Source of the DNA: an uncultured Acidobacteriota bacterium
Lineage (GTDB): Bacteria; Acidobacteriota; Terriglobia; Terriglobales; Acidobacteriaceae
Direction: 5' to 3'
DNA length: 64,000 nt
Assembly (NCBI GenBank): GCA_963791145.1
Contig: CAWBRT010000004.1
Location: forward strand, 11,217 to 75,216
Part shown: positions 41,416-51,556 of the stretch, piece by piece
Layout of the letters: each line of letters opens with the position of its first letter
How positions within the stretch are numbered: the stretch's first letter is position 1
Notes under the pieces: model-generated
The model's database searches: none
What the model saw: only the letters and a program-made list of their open reading frames with translations
Told to the model about the DNA's origin: nothing
Translations under genes and position numbers: made by a program

Positions 41416-42288
41416 ATGCGCGATTGGTCCATCCTGATCTTCACGATCCTGTTCTCAACCGCCGTCGGACTGATCGGATTCGTGGTCTTATCCGGCGTCC
41501 TGCTGAAAGACGAACTCGATGCCGCTCACCAATATGCTGTCATGCTGAACCCGATGCTGATGGCCTGCGTTCTCGGGATTGTCGGCTTCACCGCTTCATT
41601 CCGGCATTTGGGCTATCCGTTCAACGCCCGCCACGCCCTGCGAGGTGTGGCATCGTCGGCGCTCAGCCGCGAGATCGCGATGGCCTGCTCCTTCGTGGCC
41701 GCCGTCGGCCTGACAACGTTGGTCGCGCTGCGATCCGGACGCGTCTCGCTGGCCGCCGTCGCCGGCTGCTTCCTGATTGGGCTGTGCGCCGTCTGGTTCA
41801 TGGGCGAGGTCTACCGCAAAACGTCGGTGCTGACTTGGACGCACGCCAACACCCACGTGATGTTCTTCGGCGGCTTGGTGGTGATGGGAGCCGTGCTCGG
41901 TCTCGCACTGGTCGGTCTAGCGGCCGGCCACATCGTCGGCCTCGTCAGCTTGCGCACGCTGTTCGGGTGGACGGCGGTCCTCGTCCTCATTGGCCTCGCC
42001 GCCCAGCTCGCTGTCATGCCGTCCTATGTGACGGCCATCGACACGAACCGGATGAATGCTGTGGTGAGCTATCCGCTGGAGCCGTTGGAGGTGTTTCGGA
42101 CGCATGCGGGTACTCGCTGCGTGCGCTGGATTATCAGCCTAGCTGGTGCTGCGACGCTGCTCTGCGCGGTCTGGAGGACGATCCGGTTCGGCGAGCCGGC
42201 CGGCTTCCCGTTGACGTTCGTCGCAGGGGTTCTGCTGTTCGGTGGCGAGATCCTCGGGCGTTACGTTTTCTATGCGATCCACGACTGA
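41416..42288 (+). CDS. Membrane anchor subunit (DmsC-like, ~8 TM)
   Basis: GAGGAGG RBS; hydrophobic throughout; third gene of the DmsABC-type operon. Confidence 0.65.
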   Translation: MRDWSILIFTILFSTAVGLIGFVVLSGVLLKDELDAAHQYAVMLNPMLMACVLGIVGFTASFRHLGYPFNARHALRGVASSALSREIAMACSFVAAVGLTTLVALRSGRVSLAAVAGCFLIGLCAVWFMGEVYRKTSVLTWTHANTHVMFFGGLVVMGAVLGLALVGLAAGHIVGLVSLRTLFGWTAVLVLIGLAAQLAVMPSYVTAIDTNRMNAVVSYPLEPLEVFRTHAGTRCVRWIISLAGAATLLCAVWRTIRFGEPAGFPLTFVAGVLLFGGEILGRYVFYAIHD

Positions 42289-42945
42289 GGACGCGCCGGC
42301 GTGGCTCGGATAGAGCTTCTTTTCAGTGATCTCCACGGAGCGTTCGGCCTTGATGGCCGCGAGCGTCGTCGACGCCAGGTCCGCGGCCGCCGCGTAGAAC
42401 ACGGCGGCATGATTGTCCGGCGCCATCGCCATCGCCGCCGTCTTCAGTTCGGCGAGATACAGAAATGCCCACGGCAGGACGTGCTCGCTCATAAGTTCAT
42501 CGAACACGTCCATGCGGTCCTTCGAGGCGAGCCATGCGCCGATCCAGCACAGCGTGCCGAAATGGTCTTTCGGGCCGTTGTCGGGATCGCGGAGCGTGAT
42601 CGCGTTCCGATCGAGGAACGTGTTTAGCGAGAATGTCGAGGCACCAAACAGGACCTTTTCCTGATCGAGGTAGACCGAGCCCCACGGTGGCGCCGGCAAC
42701 GCGGCCGGGCCGACGAAGAGATCCCGGAAAGCGGCGTGGAGGGCAGCACGCGCCTCGGCACTGTCCGCTGCCAACGGCGCCATCGCGTCGAATGCCGGTC
42801 CGACCTCGCCAGGACACGGCCAATCGCTAGCGCAGTCGCCATGAGCAAAGTCTGCCAAGGCCGGTTTCAGCGTCGGGTCGATGGGATCGAGGCGGAACAG
42901 GGCTCCCATGAGGTTGAGAGCTACGGCAATATCGGCGTTAGTCAT
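42139..42945 (-). CDS. TorD/DmsD-family redox-enzyme maturation chaperone
   Basis: TorD-like N-terminal helices (ALNLMGALFRLDPIDP...); the ORF as drawn overlaps dmsC by ~150 bp, so the C-terminus may be frameshifted. Confidence 0.55.
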   Translation of the reverse strand: MTNADIAVALNLMGALFRLDPIDPTLKPALADFAHGDCASDWPCPGEVGPAFDAMAPLAADSAEARAALHAAFRDLFVGPAALPAPPWGSVYLDQEKVLFGASTFSLNTFLDRNAITLRDPDNGPKDHFGTLCWIGAWLASKDRMDVFDELMSEHVLPWAFLYLAELKTAAMAMAPDNHAAVFYAAAADLASTTLAAIKAERSVEITEKKLYPSHAGASSVVDRIENVTPEDLATEQQNPCDERQREAGRLAEPDRPPDRAEQRRSTS

Positions 42946-42959
42946 CGCAGTGACTAGGG

Positions 42960-44762
42960 TCAGCGTACCTTCTGGGTGAACGCAGGAAGAGGCGAAGGCA
43001 CGATCGGTGCGGTCGGCGCCACTAGGTTCGCCTTCTTTAGAGAGAGTTCTTCGAACAGGATAGACGGAGCCACGAACGAACCTAACGCGAGAACATCTCC
43101 ACTGAAACTAGTCCCTCCGAAACCCGAGAAGATGGCAGTCATCATCGGGATATGCGGTCCCTGATAAACGGTAGCCTTGTCGCCTACAGCGCTGATGTCT
43201 TTGAACGACCTCGGCGTTAGAGAACTGATTTCCACCCCGCGCACGCGTTCCTCGTGTCCATCGGCAAAGAGTTTGTAGATTTCTATGCTGGAGCTGTTCA
43301 GAGCATCGGGGGTGCTGGCACCCCGAGTCCCCATACTGCTGGCAAAACGGGCAATCCAACTCAGCCCGCCTTCACTCACGCGCCGAACGACAATGCCGAA
43401 ATCGAAACCGCGCGCCTTCGCAAGCTGAAGTAAATGTTGTCGAAGCTCCGCGGGCGTTTCGCTCTTTTTCACGTTCAGAAACAGGTTTGAAGGCACAGCA
43501 CCGAACAATCCTTTACTGCCAGTGCTAGTTTTCGCTTCGGGTGTGGGTGTTCGTGTCGCAAGCAAGTTCTTGAGTATGCCAGCCTCTACTATGGTTACGT
43601 CCTGAGTGGGCACACCTTCATCATCGATAGCGTGGGTACCCAGCAAACTCACACCCGCAAAGGATTGCAGGTGTGGTTTATCGATGACATCCATAAACTC
43701 GGGCATCACACGTCCACCCAACTGATCGGTCAGCGGAGTTCCACCCATCTGCCCGAACAGCTGCGTCATCGCAGTCTCAAACTGCGGCTGATCGGTAAGC
43801 GGGAAGCGGGCAGCACCGATTGCAGGCGCGAATACATCTGCAAGAACTTCCCCTGCCGCTTCGCCTTCAAAGAGTACCGGACCATTGTATCTGTCGACCG
43901 TCGTGGCAATACGAAGGCTTAACAACCCGGTAGCCATGCTTTTTGCGCGTTCGACCAGTTCACTGGATCGGATTACGTCCATGCTGCGGCCGAAGACCGA
44001 AAACGAGTCTTCCACAGGGCTGTCGTCCGTAGCCCTGGTTATGGCTCGCACACGGACCGAGAAAATAGGTTCCGAACGGATAAAATTCGTACCTTCGCTG
44101 TTCAGGTACCGCGTGTAGAGATCGCGAAAAACGACATTGACCTCCGCGTCGATGATGTCTGGAGTGTTGCGGAACACCGCGGAAACATCCCGGGCCAGCT
44201 TTTCGGCGGCCGGACGGTCGAACTTTGCCTCCCGGCGCGGCTCGACCACCGAAATGGGTCCTTGTGGAGTAAAATCCGGCAGGCTGGTTTTGTACTTGCG
44301 ACTCTGTAGGACTGATCGTTTTGCCGCGAGTTCACCGGCTGCCTGCTTGTAGGCTTGGTCGGTTGCCAACCATATCTCCCGCCTGATCTGGTCGTAGTCG
44401 TCGTCCAGTGGAAGTGTGCGCGCCTGCGCCAACCTTCCCAAACGCGATCCGAAGCTCTGAACTGCCAGGAAATTTGTGTTATCGAATGCATAATCACCGG
44501 CACGAACCTGCACGTTCAGGGTTCGAGAATGCGCAGTGTTGCTGCTGGCCAGCGCGCCTAAAACCGCTTTAATGCTGATGATCGTGCTGTCATCCACGCG
44601 ATAGTCGATGTAGTAGGGCTTCTCCATGCCTGCCAGACGGAGTTGAGTCTTCGAACGCGCCATCTCGTCCGCCATGGCTTTAGCTACCATGTCATTTTGG
44701 GCAAACATATTTGGAACGGACGCCAGCAGCACGAATATCAGTGTCGCGATCGCAGATCCCAT
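42960..44762 (-). CDS. TldD/PmbA-family metallopeptidase with signal peptide
   Basis: CAGGAG RBS before the internal Met; signal peptide IATLIFVLLASVPNMFAQ; TldD/PmbA length and conserved C-terminal domain. Confidence 0.7.
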   Translation of the reverse strand: MGSAIATLIFVLLASVPNMFAQNDMVAKAMADEMARSKTQLRLAGMEKPYYIDYRVDDSTIISIKAVLGALASSNTAHSRTLNVQVRAGDYAFDNTNFLAVQSFGSRLGRLAQARTLPLDDDYDQIRREIWLATDQAYKQAAGELAAKRSVLQSRKYKTSLPDFTPQGPISVVEPRREAKFDRPAAEKLARDVSAVFRNTPDIIDAEVNVVFRDLYTRYLNSEGTNFIRSEPIFSVRVRAITRATDDSPVEDSFSVFGRSMDVIRSSELVERAKSMATGLLSLRIATTVDRYNGPVLFEGEAAGEVLADVFAPAIGAARFPLTDQPQFETAMTQLFGQMGGTPLTDQLGGRVMPEFMDVIDKPHLQSFAGVSLLGTHAIDDEGVPTQDVTIVEAGILKNLLATRTPTPEAKTSTGSKGLFGAVPSNLFLNVKKSETPAELRQHLLQLAKARGFDFGIVVRRVSEGGLSWIARFASSMGTRGASTPDALNSSSIEIYKLFADGHEERVRGVEISSLTPRSFKDISAVGDKATVYQGPHIPMMTAIFSGFGGTSFSGDVLALGSFVAPSILFEELSLKKANLVAPTAPIVPSPLPAFTQKVR

Positions 44763-44785
44763 TTTCGTACTCCTGTCGGTAGTGC

Positions 44786-46513
44786 TCACTTCGACGCTCC
44801 CGGTGGTGGTGGCAATATCGGCTTAGAGTCTTCGGATTTTTCTTTTCGCTGAACCTCGATCTGTTCGATCAGCAATCCAGGGGCGCTGGCCGAAACCGGT
44901 ACCCACCCGGATCTCGCACCGCAGACCCCGTTGAAAACTTCGGGACTGTCATCGGCCGCGGCAATCCGGCTGAAAGCGGTCAAGGGAGTCCCTATGAGAT
45001 CGAGGCCACGAACAAGTTCCTCGTGGCCGTCAGCGTAGATCCTGTACACGATTGTGGGCAGAACAGTAAAGGCGTTAGGTATCGTGCGGGATGTGAAGGT
45101 AAAACCACCCTCGATGTCGTCGAACAGCAGTCCATACGGATTTCCGGATTTCTTAAGCCGCTCGATTAACATCTTCTTCAGTGTTGCGCGAGACACCGCT
45201 TGTGACGCTTCGACAAGTAGGTTGGATTGCCGCGCTGACACTTGATATCCCTGTTGCCGGCGTCCGTGCGCGTTCGATTTTGTGAAACCGGCAACTGGCG
45301 AGCGTGATAAAAGGAAACTCTTGAATATCCCGTTCTCCACAATCGCTATACGGCTTGATTTCACGCCCTCATCATCGAAAGCATAGTATCCGACCAGATC
45401 GGTGCCGCGGAGCTGTTGCAAACTGGGATCAGAATAGACGGACAGGAACTTCGGCAGCACCGGCTGATTGATCTTATCTTTAAATGTCTGCGCGTCGTCG
45501 TCATCCTTCAGGCGGTCCCTCTCGATCCGATGTCCGAATATCTCGTGAAAAAAGACGGCGCTGGCTCGTCCTGAAAGAATTGCCGGCCCTGTATATGGCT
45601 CTACGACTGGCGCCTTCTGTAACGCGACGAGCGTTCGCAACATTTCCTTGATCGTCTTGAGGACCGTCTCCTCAGGCGGTATTCTCTCCGGCGTGAATGA
45701 CATAAAAATACGGTGTAGCGGAAGCACCTCACCGTCACTTGCCCGTATAGACGCCGAGATCGTGAGCCGGTACAAAGGCGTGGAAATCCTTATCGCGCTG
45801 CCGTCACTGCTAACATACCGCCGTGTTTCGAGTTCGCCGCTGGCTGAAACATCTGCGTTCAGAATGTCAGGGTTTCCGCGAAAAAGCTGCCCGAACCGCC
45901 GGACCTTGTCTTCCCACAGCTTTTGATCAAACGAGAACGGCGCATCCGGCTCAAGAAATCGCTGTGGCGGCGCCTTGGAGAAGTCCGGTGACCTGTCGCC
46001 GCCAGAAGACTTGATCTGGCGGTCAGCTTTCACGGCTTCCAATCGCTGTACGGCATTCCGGTAATAATTATCGGTCTCCAGCCACAAGGCCACCGATAAG
46101 CTTGCGGGATCGTTCTCCACCGGAACTGTGCCGGGAGTTTGGCCGAAGTTTGAGGTAACCACGGCACCGCGGGATACAGGATGAGTATTGTCCAGTTGGT
46201 AGTCGCCAACTCGCAGGTCGATATCAAGCAGTCTCGTCTCAATATCAGTGCTGGACGTGAGCGCACCAAAAGATGAGCGAACTGAGATCGCACGATTATC
46301 GGTCAACTGGTACGACAAGAAGTATGGCGGAACCGGCGTTTTTTTCAAGGTTTCGAACGAGCGGTTCAATTCCCGCGTCATGGTGACAAGCACAGGGTCA
46401 GACAGCTTGTGATCCTGCGCCTCGCCTGCAAGCGCGAACAATAGAACAGCAATTAGTCCTGCGGCACAGGTTCGCAAGCGCACCTCACAAACGCAAACTT
46501 TGAGAACTCGCAT
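44786..46513 (-). CDS. TldD/PmbA-family metallopeptidase with signal peptide (paralogue of the downstream gene)
   Basis: Paralogous layout; ...HEIFGHRIERD... carries a HExxxH-like motif. Confidence 0.7.
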   Translation of the reverse strand: MRVLKVCVCEVRLRTCAAGLIAVLLFALAGEAQDHKLSDPVLVTMTRELNRSFETLKKTPVPPYFLSYQLTDNRAISVRSSFGALTSSTDIETRLLDIDLRVGDYQLDNTHPVSRGAVVTSNFGQTPGTVPVENDPASLSVALWLETDNYYRNAVQRLEAVKADRQIKSSGGDRSPDFSKAPPQRFLEPDAPFSFDQKLWEDKVRRFGQLFRGNPDILNADVSASGELETRRYVSSDGSAIRISTPLYRLTISASIRASDGEVLPLHRIFMSFTPERIPPEETVLKTIKEMLRTLVALQKAPVVEPYTGPAILSGRASAVFFHEIFGHRIERDRLKDDDDAQTFKDKINQPVLPKFLSVYSDPSLQQLRGTDLVGYYAFDDEGVKSSRIAIVENGIFKSFLLSRSPVAGFTKSNAHGRRQQGYQVSARQSNLLVEASQAVSRATLKKMLIERLKKSGNPYGLLFDDIEGGFTFTSRTIPNAFTVLPTIVYRIYADGHEELVRGLDLIGTPLTAFSRIAAADDSPEVFNGVCGARSGWVPVSASAPGLLIEQIEVQRKEKSEDSKPILPPPPGASK

Positions 46514-46842
46514 ACTGTCCGCCAGTGCCTGCAAGACGCAGTCGACTACGCTCGCCAGGCGCGAGAAACTCTCGCACGCATGATACGCGGTGTTCCCGTG
46601 TAGAGGAAGTGAATTTCATGCTCGTTTTCGCGGGACCATTCAACGACCGCACCGTCCATTCGCCCCTTCCGCGAGCATCGTGTCGAGCCGGTCGCGTCGG
46701 ACGAAGGGGCCTGAAGTCTTAGGGCCTGTCGGAAGTTTTGCAGCGCTTGCGAGTGAGCGGGCAAAATCTGCAGCAATTGCGCAGCAAGCGAGAGGTTCCA
46801 GACAATGTTGGAGTCAGTACGTGATCGGAGGAGAATAATATC

Positions 46843-46871
46843 TCCCTCCCTTGAAAGGGAGGGAGGGATAA
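46843..46871 (-). terminator. Hairpin terminator after the hydrolase gene
   Basis: CTCCCTCCCttgaaaGGGAGGGAG perfect 9-bp stem. Confidence 0.5.
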
Positions 46872-46882
46872 AATCTATTTTG

Positions 46883-48166
46883 TTAGCTTCTTACGAGCTT
46901 CTCGACGAACCAGTCGGAGATGTAGGCCATCCCAATTGTCATGTTGTCGCCCATAGTATGCTCGCTGCCGCCTTCTTCGCGAGTAAAGATCTTTAGGGTT
47001 TTGTCTTTACTGCCCACGGCCGCAAACTCCTTGCGAGCGGTTTCCATTGAGATCTGTGCATCCGCCTCGCCATGCGTCAGGAGGAACGGGCACTCGATCT
47101 TCTGGGCAACACCTTCCAGGGTAAATGGCTCGAGCTTCTTTAGCGCCTGATCCAGTGTATCTACCCCCATAAACCAGGTAATGTGTTCGCCAGGGACCGA
47201 TAGTGAGGTCTTGAATGCCGCGTCTATGCGGCTCTTCCACACAGCATGGTAGTCGTACTGGGCTCCCCAGGCAACGCACGCCTTGAACCGTTTTTCGAAG
47301 GCAGCGGCACGGGGCGCAAAGTATCCACCCAGACTAATGCCCACGACGCCGATTCTGCCTTTGTTCACGTCAGCCCTCTTCTCCAGGTAGTCGATTGCCG
47401 CACCACCTGCGACTTCGGAATCGTGCCGGGCCGGCATCCCGCGAAAACGGATGGCTTCGCCGTTGCCGGGTGCGTCGATAATCAGGCAGGCCATACCGCG
47501 TTTGGCAAACTCCGGCACGCCTCGGAAATACTGGAGCTCTTTGGTAATATCCAGGCCATCAAAGAAGACAATGGTTGGCAATTTGGCGTCCGCGTCCCGC
47601 CTTTTCACGAAATAGGCTGGCAGGCTTTTGCCGCCCTCGAAGGGGACCTCTACTGCCTCGATTGAAAGGAAGGAAACGTCGGGAATTCCTTTCTTGAAGA
47701 GTTCCACCGCCCGGGCATAGGCTCGCTGCGTTTCCTGGGTCCGGGGCTGCCGCAACCTTTCTCCGATCTGAATGTAGTTAGCGGCGCGCATATAAGCGTT
47801 TGAGGCAGTTTGTATGTTTCTCTTCTCTTTTGCCTGTTCGGCTAGCAGAGCGACGCGCTCTCCCATCTTGTTCCATTCGGCGAACCAGGCGGCATTGTCG
47901 CCCGCCTTGCCATGCAGGGCAGAGCAAACTTTATAGACTTCACCCATGTCACCTCCGCCCCACGCGAAGCCACCGATTGTACTGCGGACAGAAGAGGACC
48001 AAGTATAGTTCCCCGGAAACATCATGAAGGTCTCAGGTGGAGTTTTTACTTCGGCCGCCTTGGCGAAGGGCGAAGCTCCTGCTAGAGTGGCTCCCGCGAC
48101 GGTGGCTGCCCCTAGGGCCAGAAAATCTCTCCTTTTAATTTTCTTTCCATTTTTGCCGTGGTTCAT
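46883..48166 (-). CDS. Tat-exported alpha/beta-hydrolase-fold protein
   Basis: GAGGGAGGGAAGG RBS; RRDFLALGAATVAGA Tat signal; nucleophile elbow GISLGG. Confidence 0.65.
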   Translation of the reverse strand: MNHGKNGKKIKRRDFLALGAATVAGATLAGASPFAKAAEVKTPPETFMMFPGNYTWSSSVRSTIGGFAWGGGDMGEVYKVCSALHGKAGDNAAWFAEWNKMGERVALLAEQAKEKRNIQTASNAYMRAANYIQIGERLRQPRTQETQRAYARAVELFKKGIPDVSFLSIEAVEVPFEGGKSLPAYFVKRRDADAKLPTIVFFDGLDITKELQYFRGVPEFAKRGMACLIIDAPGNGEAIRFRGMPARHDSEVAGGAAIDYLEKRADVNKGRIGVVGISLGGYFAPRAAAFEKRFKACVAWGAQYDYHAVWKSRIDAAFKTSLSVPGEHITWFMGVDTLDQALKKLEPFTLEGVAQKIECPFLLTHGEADAQISMETARKEFAAVGSKDKTLKIFTREEGGSEHTMGDNMTIGMAYISDWFVEKLVRS

Positions 48167-48329
48167 ACGGTTCCTTCCCTCCCTCGAAACAAACGATATG
48201 CTGACAATTTGCAAATGCCTCGATGAACATATTGCACTCATCGACGTAGCTGAATCAATGGCAGCAGGCTCCTGAGGTCCCTGCTGTGAACTCATCTCAT
48301 GCTTTTCGCAGCCATTCCGATGGCCTTAA

Positions 48330-48635
48330 TTATCTTTGTATAGCGGTGCAGCGACATAGATTTCCCGAAATAGCATCTTTAATCTCATCTTCTGACGGCT
48401 TTGGATTCTTATCCAACAAAACCTTCGCGGTCAAAACCATGCCCGGCGTACAGTACCCGCACTGTATGGCGCCAGCTTCGGTAAAGGCCTGCTGAATAGG
48501 ATGAAGATGCTGCTCGTCCCCCAGCCCTTCGATGGTCAGCACTTTCTTGCCGGCGACGGTTGCCGTCAGCAGGATGCAAGTGCGCACCGATTTGCCGTCA
48601 ATTATGACAGTGCAGGTTTGCCGGGCCTTGGGCAA
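48330..48635 (-). pseudogene. C-terminal two-thirds of a CoxS-type [2Fe-2S] small subunit of molybdo-hydroxylases; the N-terminal ~45 aa are missing
   Basis: ...QTCTVIIDGKSVRTCILLTATVAGKKVLTIEGL...QCGYCTPG...GNLCRCT matches CoxS from the CGAC motif onward; no ATG (begins at TTG); no large-subunit gene adjacent. Confidence 0.55.
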
Positions 48636-48790
48636 AGGTGATACCGCACTCCAGAAGGAAACCGCGGATCTGGTTGATCAGCGCTGTGCGACGATGTACC
48701 AGCCAGTCTCGCACCGTGATGAAGCGCTGCAACTCGCGGGGACACCTTCCGCTGGTACCAAGAAAAGAGGTGTCGCCGGAGTCTTCGTTA
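48636..48790 (-). mobile_element. IS110-family transposase fragment (~45 aa) fused in frame upstream of the CoxS stub
   Basis: Minus-strand translation ...ELQRFITVRDWLVHRRTALINQIRGFLLECGITFAQGPA matches the conserved RTxLINQLRGLLxEFGI region of IS110 transposases. Confidence 0.45.
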
Positions 48791-49720
48791 TTACCAGACC
48801 GTCAATGTCATGTTGTCGATCCATTCGTGGATTGCTGTCCCCGAAGAATTCCCGTCAAGCTGGGCTTCAGTCCCTATTGTCGGCCCCCAGCCATTACTCA
48901 GGGCGGAATACGTGGCATTTAGCACAGTGGGATTTCCGTCGATCACTAGCGTCTGATAGGTATAAGTGTGATTCGCGAGACTGCTGGTGACGTACAGTTG
49001 GACGTGATGCCACGTGTTTACCGTCCAACCGCAAGGCAGGGCTGGAGAGACGGCTACCCATCTATTGCCAGCAGAGTCCCACAACCGCCAAATCTTGCCA
49101 TCGGCGTAATCACACTGGATGGACATATCGTATTTGTAGCCGTTTACATACCAGTCGGGATCATATTCAAAAGCCTGAACGCCATCAGTGTTGTCTGTAT
49201 AAATCCAGAAATCCTCTAGCAAATGCGAGATCGAGTTTACCAAGGCTGCATCGGTACTGTTGTGCCACCAAAAAAGAGCGTTGGCACCAGCGCCTGCCGA
49301 AGAAATCTCCATGCTCGCCCCGCTCAAAGAGGGGGTAGTCTGGTTTAAAGCAGCAAAGTACGAGCTATTTCCTGAGCCGCCAGCGCAACTCGATGCGTTA
49401 CAGCTACCTGTGAGAGCAACTGATTGAAGATTAGAGAACACGCTTGCATTCGCCGGGGGAGTCGGCAAAACGGACGCCGCTCCCGAGGCACCGGAGGTCG
49501 TCGCCGTTGAGCCCGAAGTTGTCGTAGCGGGCGTCGTAGGTGACGAGGCTGGACTACTTGGAGTTGACGAGCCAGAACTCGACGCTGGTGTCAGTGCCGC
49601 CGAAGCTGGATTATTTTGCGACGAGGAAACTGCATTTGGGCTTCCACCGCAACCCACCAAATACATCGATAAACCAACTATCAAGCCGACTAGAAGGAGT
49701 CGAACTGCTGCTCTGCTCAC
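48791..49720 (-). CDS. Lipoprotein with a Ser/Thr/Pro-rich linker and an uncharacterised C-terminal domain
   Basis: AGGAGG RBS then GTG start; lipobox LVGC; long S/T/P-rich linker. Confidence 0.55.
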   Translation of the reverse strand: MSRAAVRLLLVGLIVGLSMYLVGCGGSPNAVSSSQNNPASAALTPASSSGSSTPSSPASSPTTPATTTSGSTATTSGASGAASVLPTPPANASVFSNLQSVALTGSCNASSCAGGSGNSSYFAALNQTTPSLSGASMEISSAGAGANALFWWHNSTDAALVNSISHLLEDFWIYTDNTDGVQAFEYDPDWYVNGYKYDMSIQCDYADGKIWRLWDSAGNRWVAVSPALPCGWTVNTWHHVQLYVTSSLANHTYTYQTLVIDGNPTVLNATYSALSNGWGPTIGTEAQLDGNSSGTAIHEWIDNMTLTVW

Positions 49721-49886
49721 TAAGACCCTCCTGAGAAGTTCTGGAGTGAACAGAGAGTACGGGTCTGTTTAGCTTCTTAACATCGGTACTTGTATTTAGA
49801 ACTGCTGGGGTTGCACCCCTAGCATGCGATTTATCGCCATTATCTGTCTCTAGGTGGCGCTCTTAGCGGTCACGACCCATTGCAAC

Positions 49887-50258
49887 TCATAAGAGATTTG
49901 ATTGCATGTGCGCATACAGGCGGTACGATTTTGGAACGCACGCCAAGAAAGGTTGGCCATATACCACCGGGTGATGTCGCGGCTGGCATCCGGACACGAA
50001 CTTGGTTGCAGATTGGTCGTTGAGTGTTGGCGACCTCGTAGGCAACTCCCGAAAGTGGATCTGGGAATAATGTTCCGGGTGCAGGATGATCTGGTGACCT
50101 GTTGGTGTATGTACTATGTACTCGGGCGACAATGCCACATAGGTGCCTTTCCCGTGCCGATAACCATTAATTTTGCAAAATGAAGCCATTGAGCTCTCCG
50201 CCGTCAAATACTCGCCATTGAGATCCATCAGACGCGGAGCGACCAATCGCCGGAGCAA
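49887..50258 (-). CDS. Hypothetical protein (123 aa)
   Basis: ORF only; no recognisable motif. Confidence 0.25.
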   Translation of the reverse strand: MLRRLVAPRLMDLNGEYLTAESSMASFCKINGYRHGKGTYVALSPEYIVHTPTGHQIILHPEHYSQIHFRELPTRSPTLNDQSATKFVSGCQPRHHPVVYGQPFLACVPKSYRLYAHMQSNLL

Positions 50259-50529
50259 CTGCTTTTGCGCGCGACTTCGGACGTCTTCGCGATATCTACT
50301 GTAGAACGCTGATCAAAAGTAAAACAGGTAGACGGTGGTTCGCGGCACAGAAGATCCAATGCGAGTGCAAGCACTCACACGCACTTCGCGGAAGATGCGC
50401 TTCCAGTGCGGTATTTGTTGCAATACTGTTGTGCCAGATTGAAATTTTCCGGCGTCGTTGTTTGTCAAAAACACTTGCTAATTCAGAGTCACTCATTCAA
50501 AATCTTCGTACCGAGAGGAGTCCATCGAG

Positions 50530-51213
50530 ATGATGCGGAAAGTAGTGTCGCTCGTAATGTGTCTGCTTCTTCCAGGCTTGCTTCTGGCCGGGAATCCAGG
50601 CGCCGGAATCGGCAATTTCGTTGGCGATGTTGCCTTGAATGGTCGCTCTGTGCCGCCGAGTACCGCTGTTTTTCCCGGAGACAAACTCGTCACGGGACGT
50701 AATGCTTCCGCGTACATTACTCGCCCGGGCTTCACCATGGCGGTTGATAGTGAATCCTCGGCGCAGTTGCTGGCCGAAGGTGCGCGAGTGCTCAGCGGGA
50801 GCTCGGTGGTCACCCTGAAGCCGGGGAACGTAGTTGAATATGATGACCTTCATATCAGCGCTGCTTCTGATAGCGCGAGGGTGCGAATTGTGTCGCGTCC
50901 AGGCTCGCAGATGATCGCCTCGCTCCAAGGCACTCTGAAGGTCAGCGACACCTCCGGAATGATCACCGTTCCACAGGGTCATGCGCTTTTGGCGAAGCCC
51001 TTGGATCCGCCTCCTAACTTGGGGGATCAGCCCGACAAATCCTCGCCGCCGGCGGGCGCCATAAAAAAAGGTGTTGCGCTTAAGAAATGGGTAATGATCT
51101 TTGGATCGGCCGGTGCCGCAGGTGGTGTCGGCGCATGGGCTGCGGTTCAGTCCTCGAACAAGAACACCAATATCAACAACATTAATTCGTCGATTAGTCC
51201 TTCCGTGCCGTGA
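50530..51213 (+). CDS. Secreted hypothetical protein (227 aa)
   Basis: GAGAGGAG RBS; signal peptide VVSLVMCLLLPGLLLAG; followed by a terminator. Confidence 0.5.
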   Translation: MMRKVVSLVMCLLLPGLLLAGNPGAGIGNFVGDVALNGRSVPPSTAVFPGDKLVTGRNASAYITRPGFTMAVDSESSAQLLAEGARVLSGSSVVTLKPGNVVEYDDLHISAASDSARVRIVSRPGSQMIASLQGTLKVSDTSGMITVPQGHALLAKPLDPPPNLGDQPDKSSPPAGAIKKGVALKKWVMIFGSAGAAGGVGAWAAVQSSNKNTNINNINSSISPSVP

Positions 51214-51227
51214 GTTTGTAAACGCTC

Positions 51228-51262
51228 TCGACCAAAAGCCCTCGCTTCGGCGAGGGTTTCTG
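51228..51262 (+). terminator. Rho-independent terminator
   Basis: aaagCCCTCGCttcgGCGAGGGtttctgctttct. Confidence 0.6.
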
Positions 51263-51290
51263 CTTTCTGAAGAGATTTTCGCGAATCCTT

Positions 51291-51322
51291 AATTAGGGGA
51301 TGTGAGAATTAGGGGATGTGAG
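51291..51322. repeat. 16-bp tandem direct repeat, two units
   Basis: aattaggggatgtgag aattaggggatgtgag. Confidence 0.6.
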
Positions 51323-51556
51323 CACCGCATTCGCAAGCGCTGCCCCGCCAGATAGTGGAACCGAGCGTGGCGGGACACCAGCAGCTTAGCTCATGTCCCG
51401 GCCATCTCGCCTTCGAATCAGCGTAAGCTCTTCTTCGTCAGTCGATTATGATGTGGATAGTAACTAAGCCAGTGGCGGAAAAGCTTAACTGTGTGATGGG
51501 CGCCTAATTAGTGCACAAGCGTAAAAGATCTGAGTATTAATGAATTTTGCTTAATA

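Noticed and set aside
51291-51322. Possible CRISPR array
   Set aside because: Only two directly adjacent 16-bp units with no spacers. No other regularly spaced repeats occur anywhere in the window.
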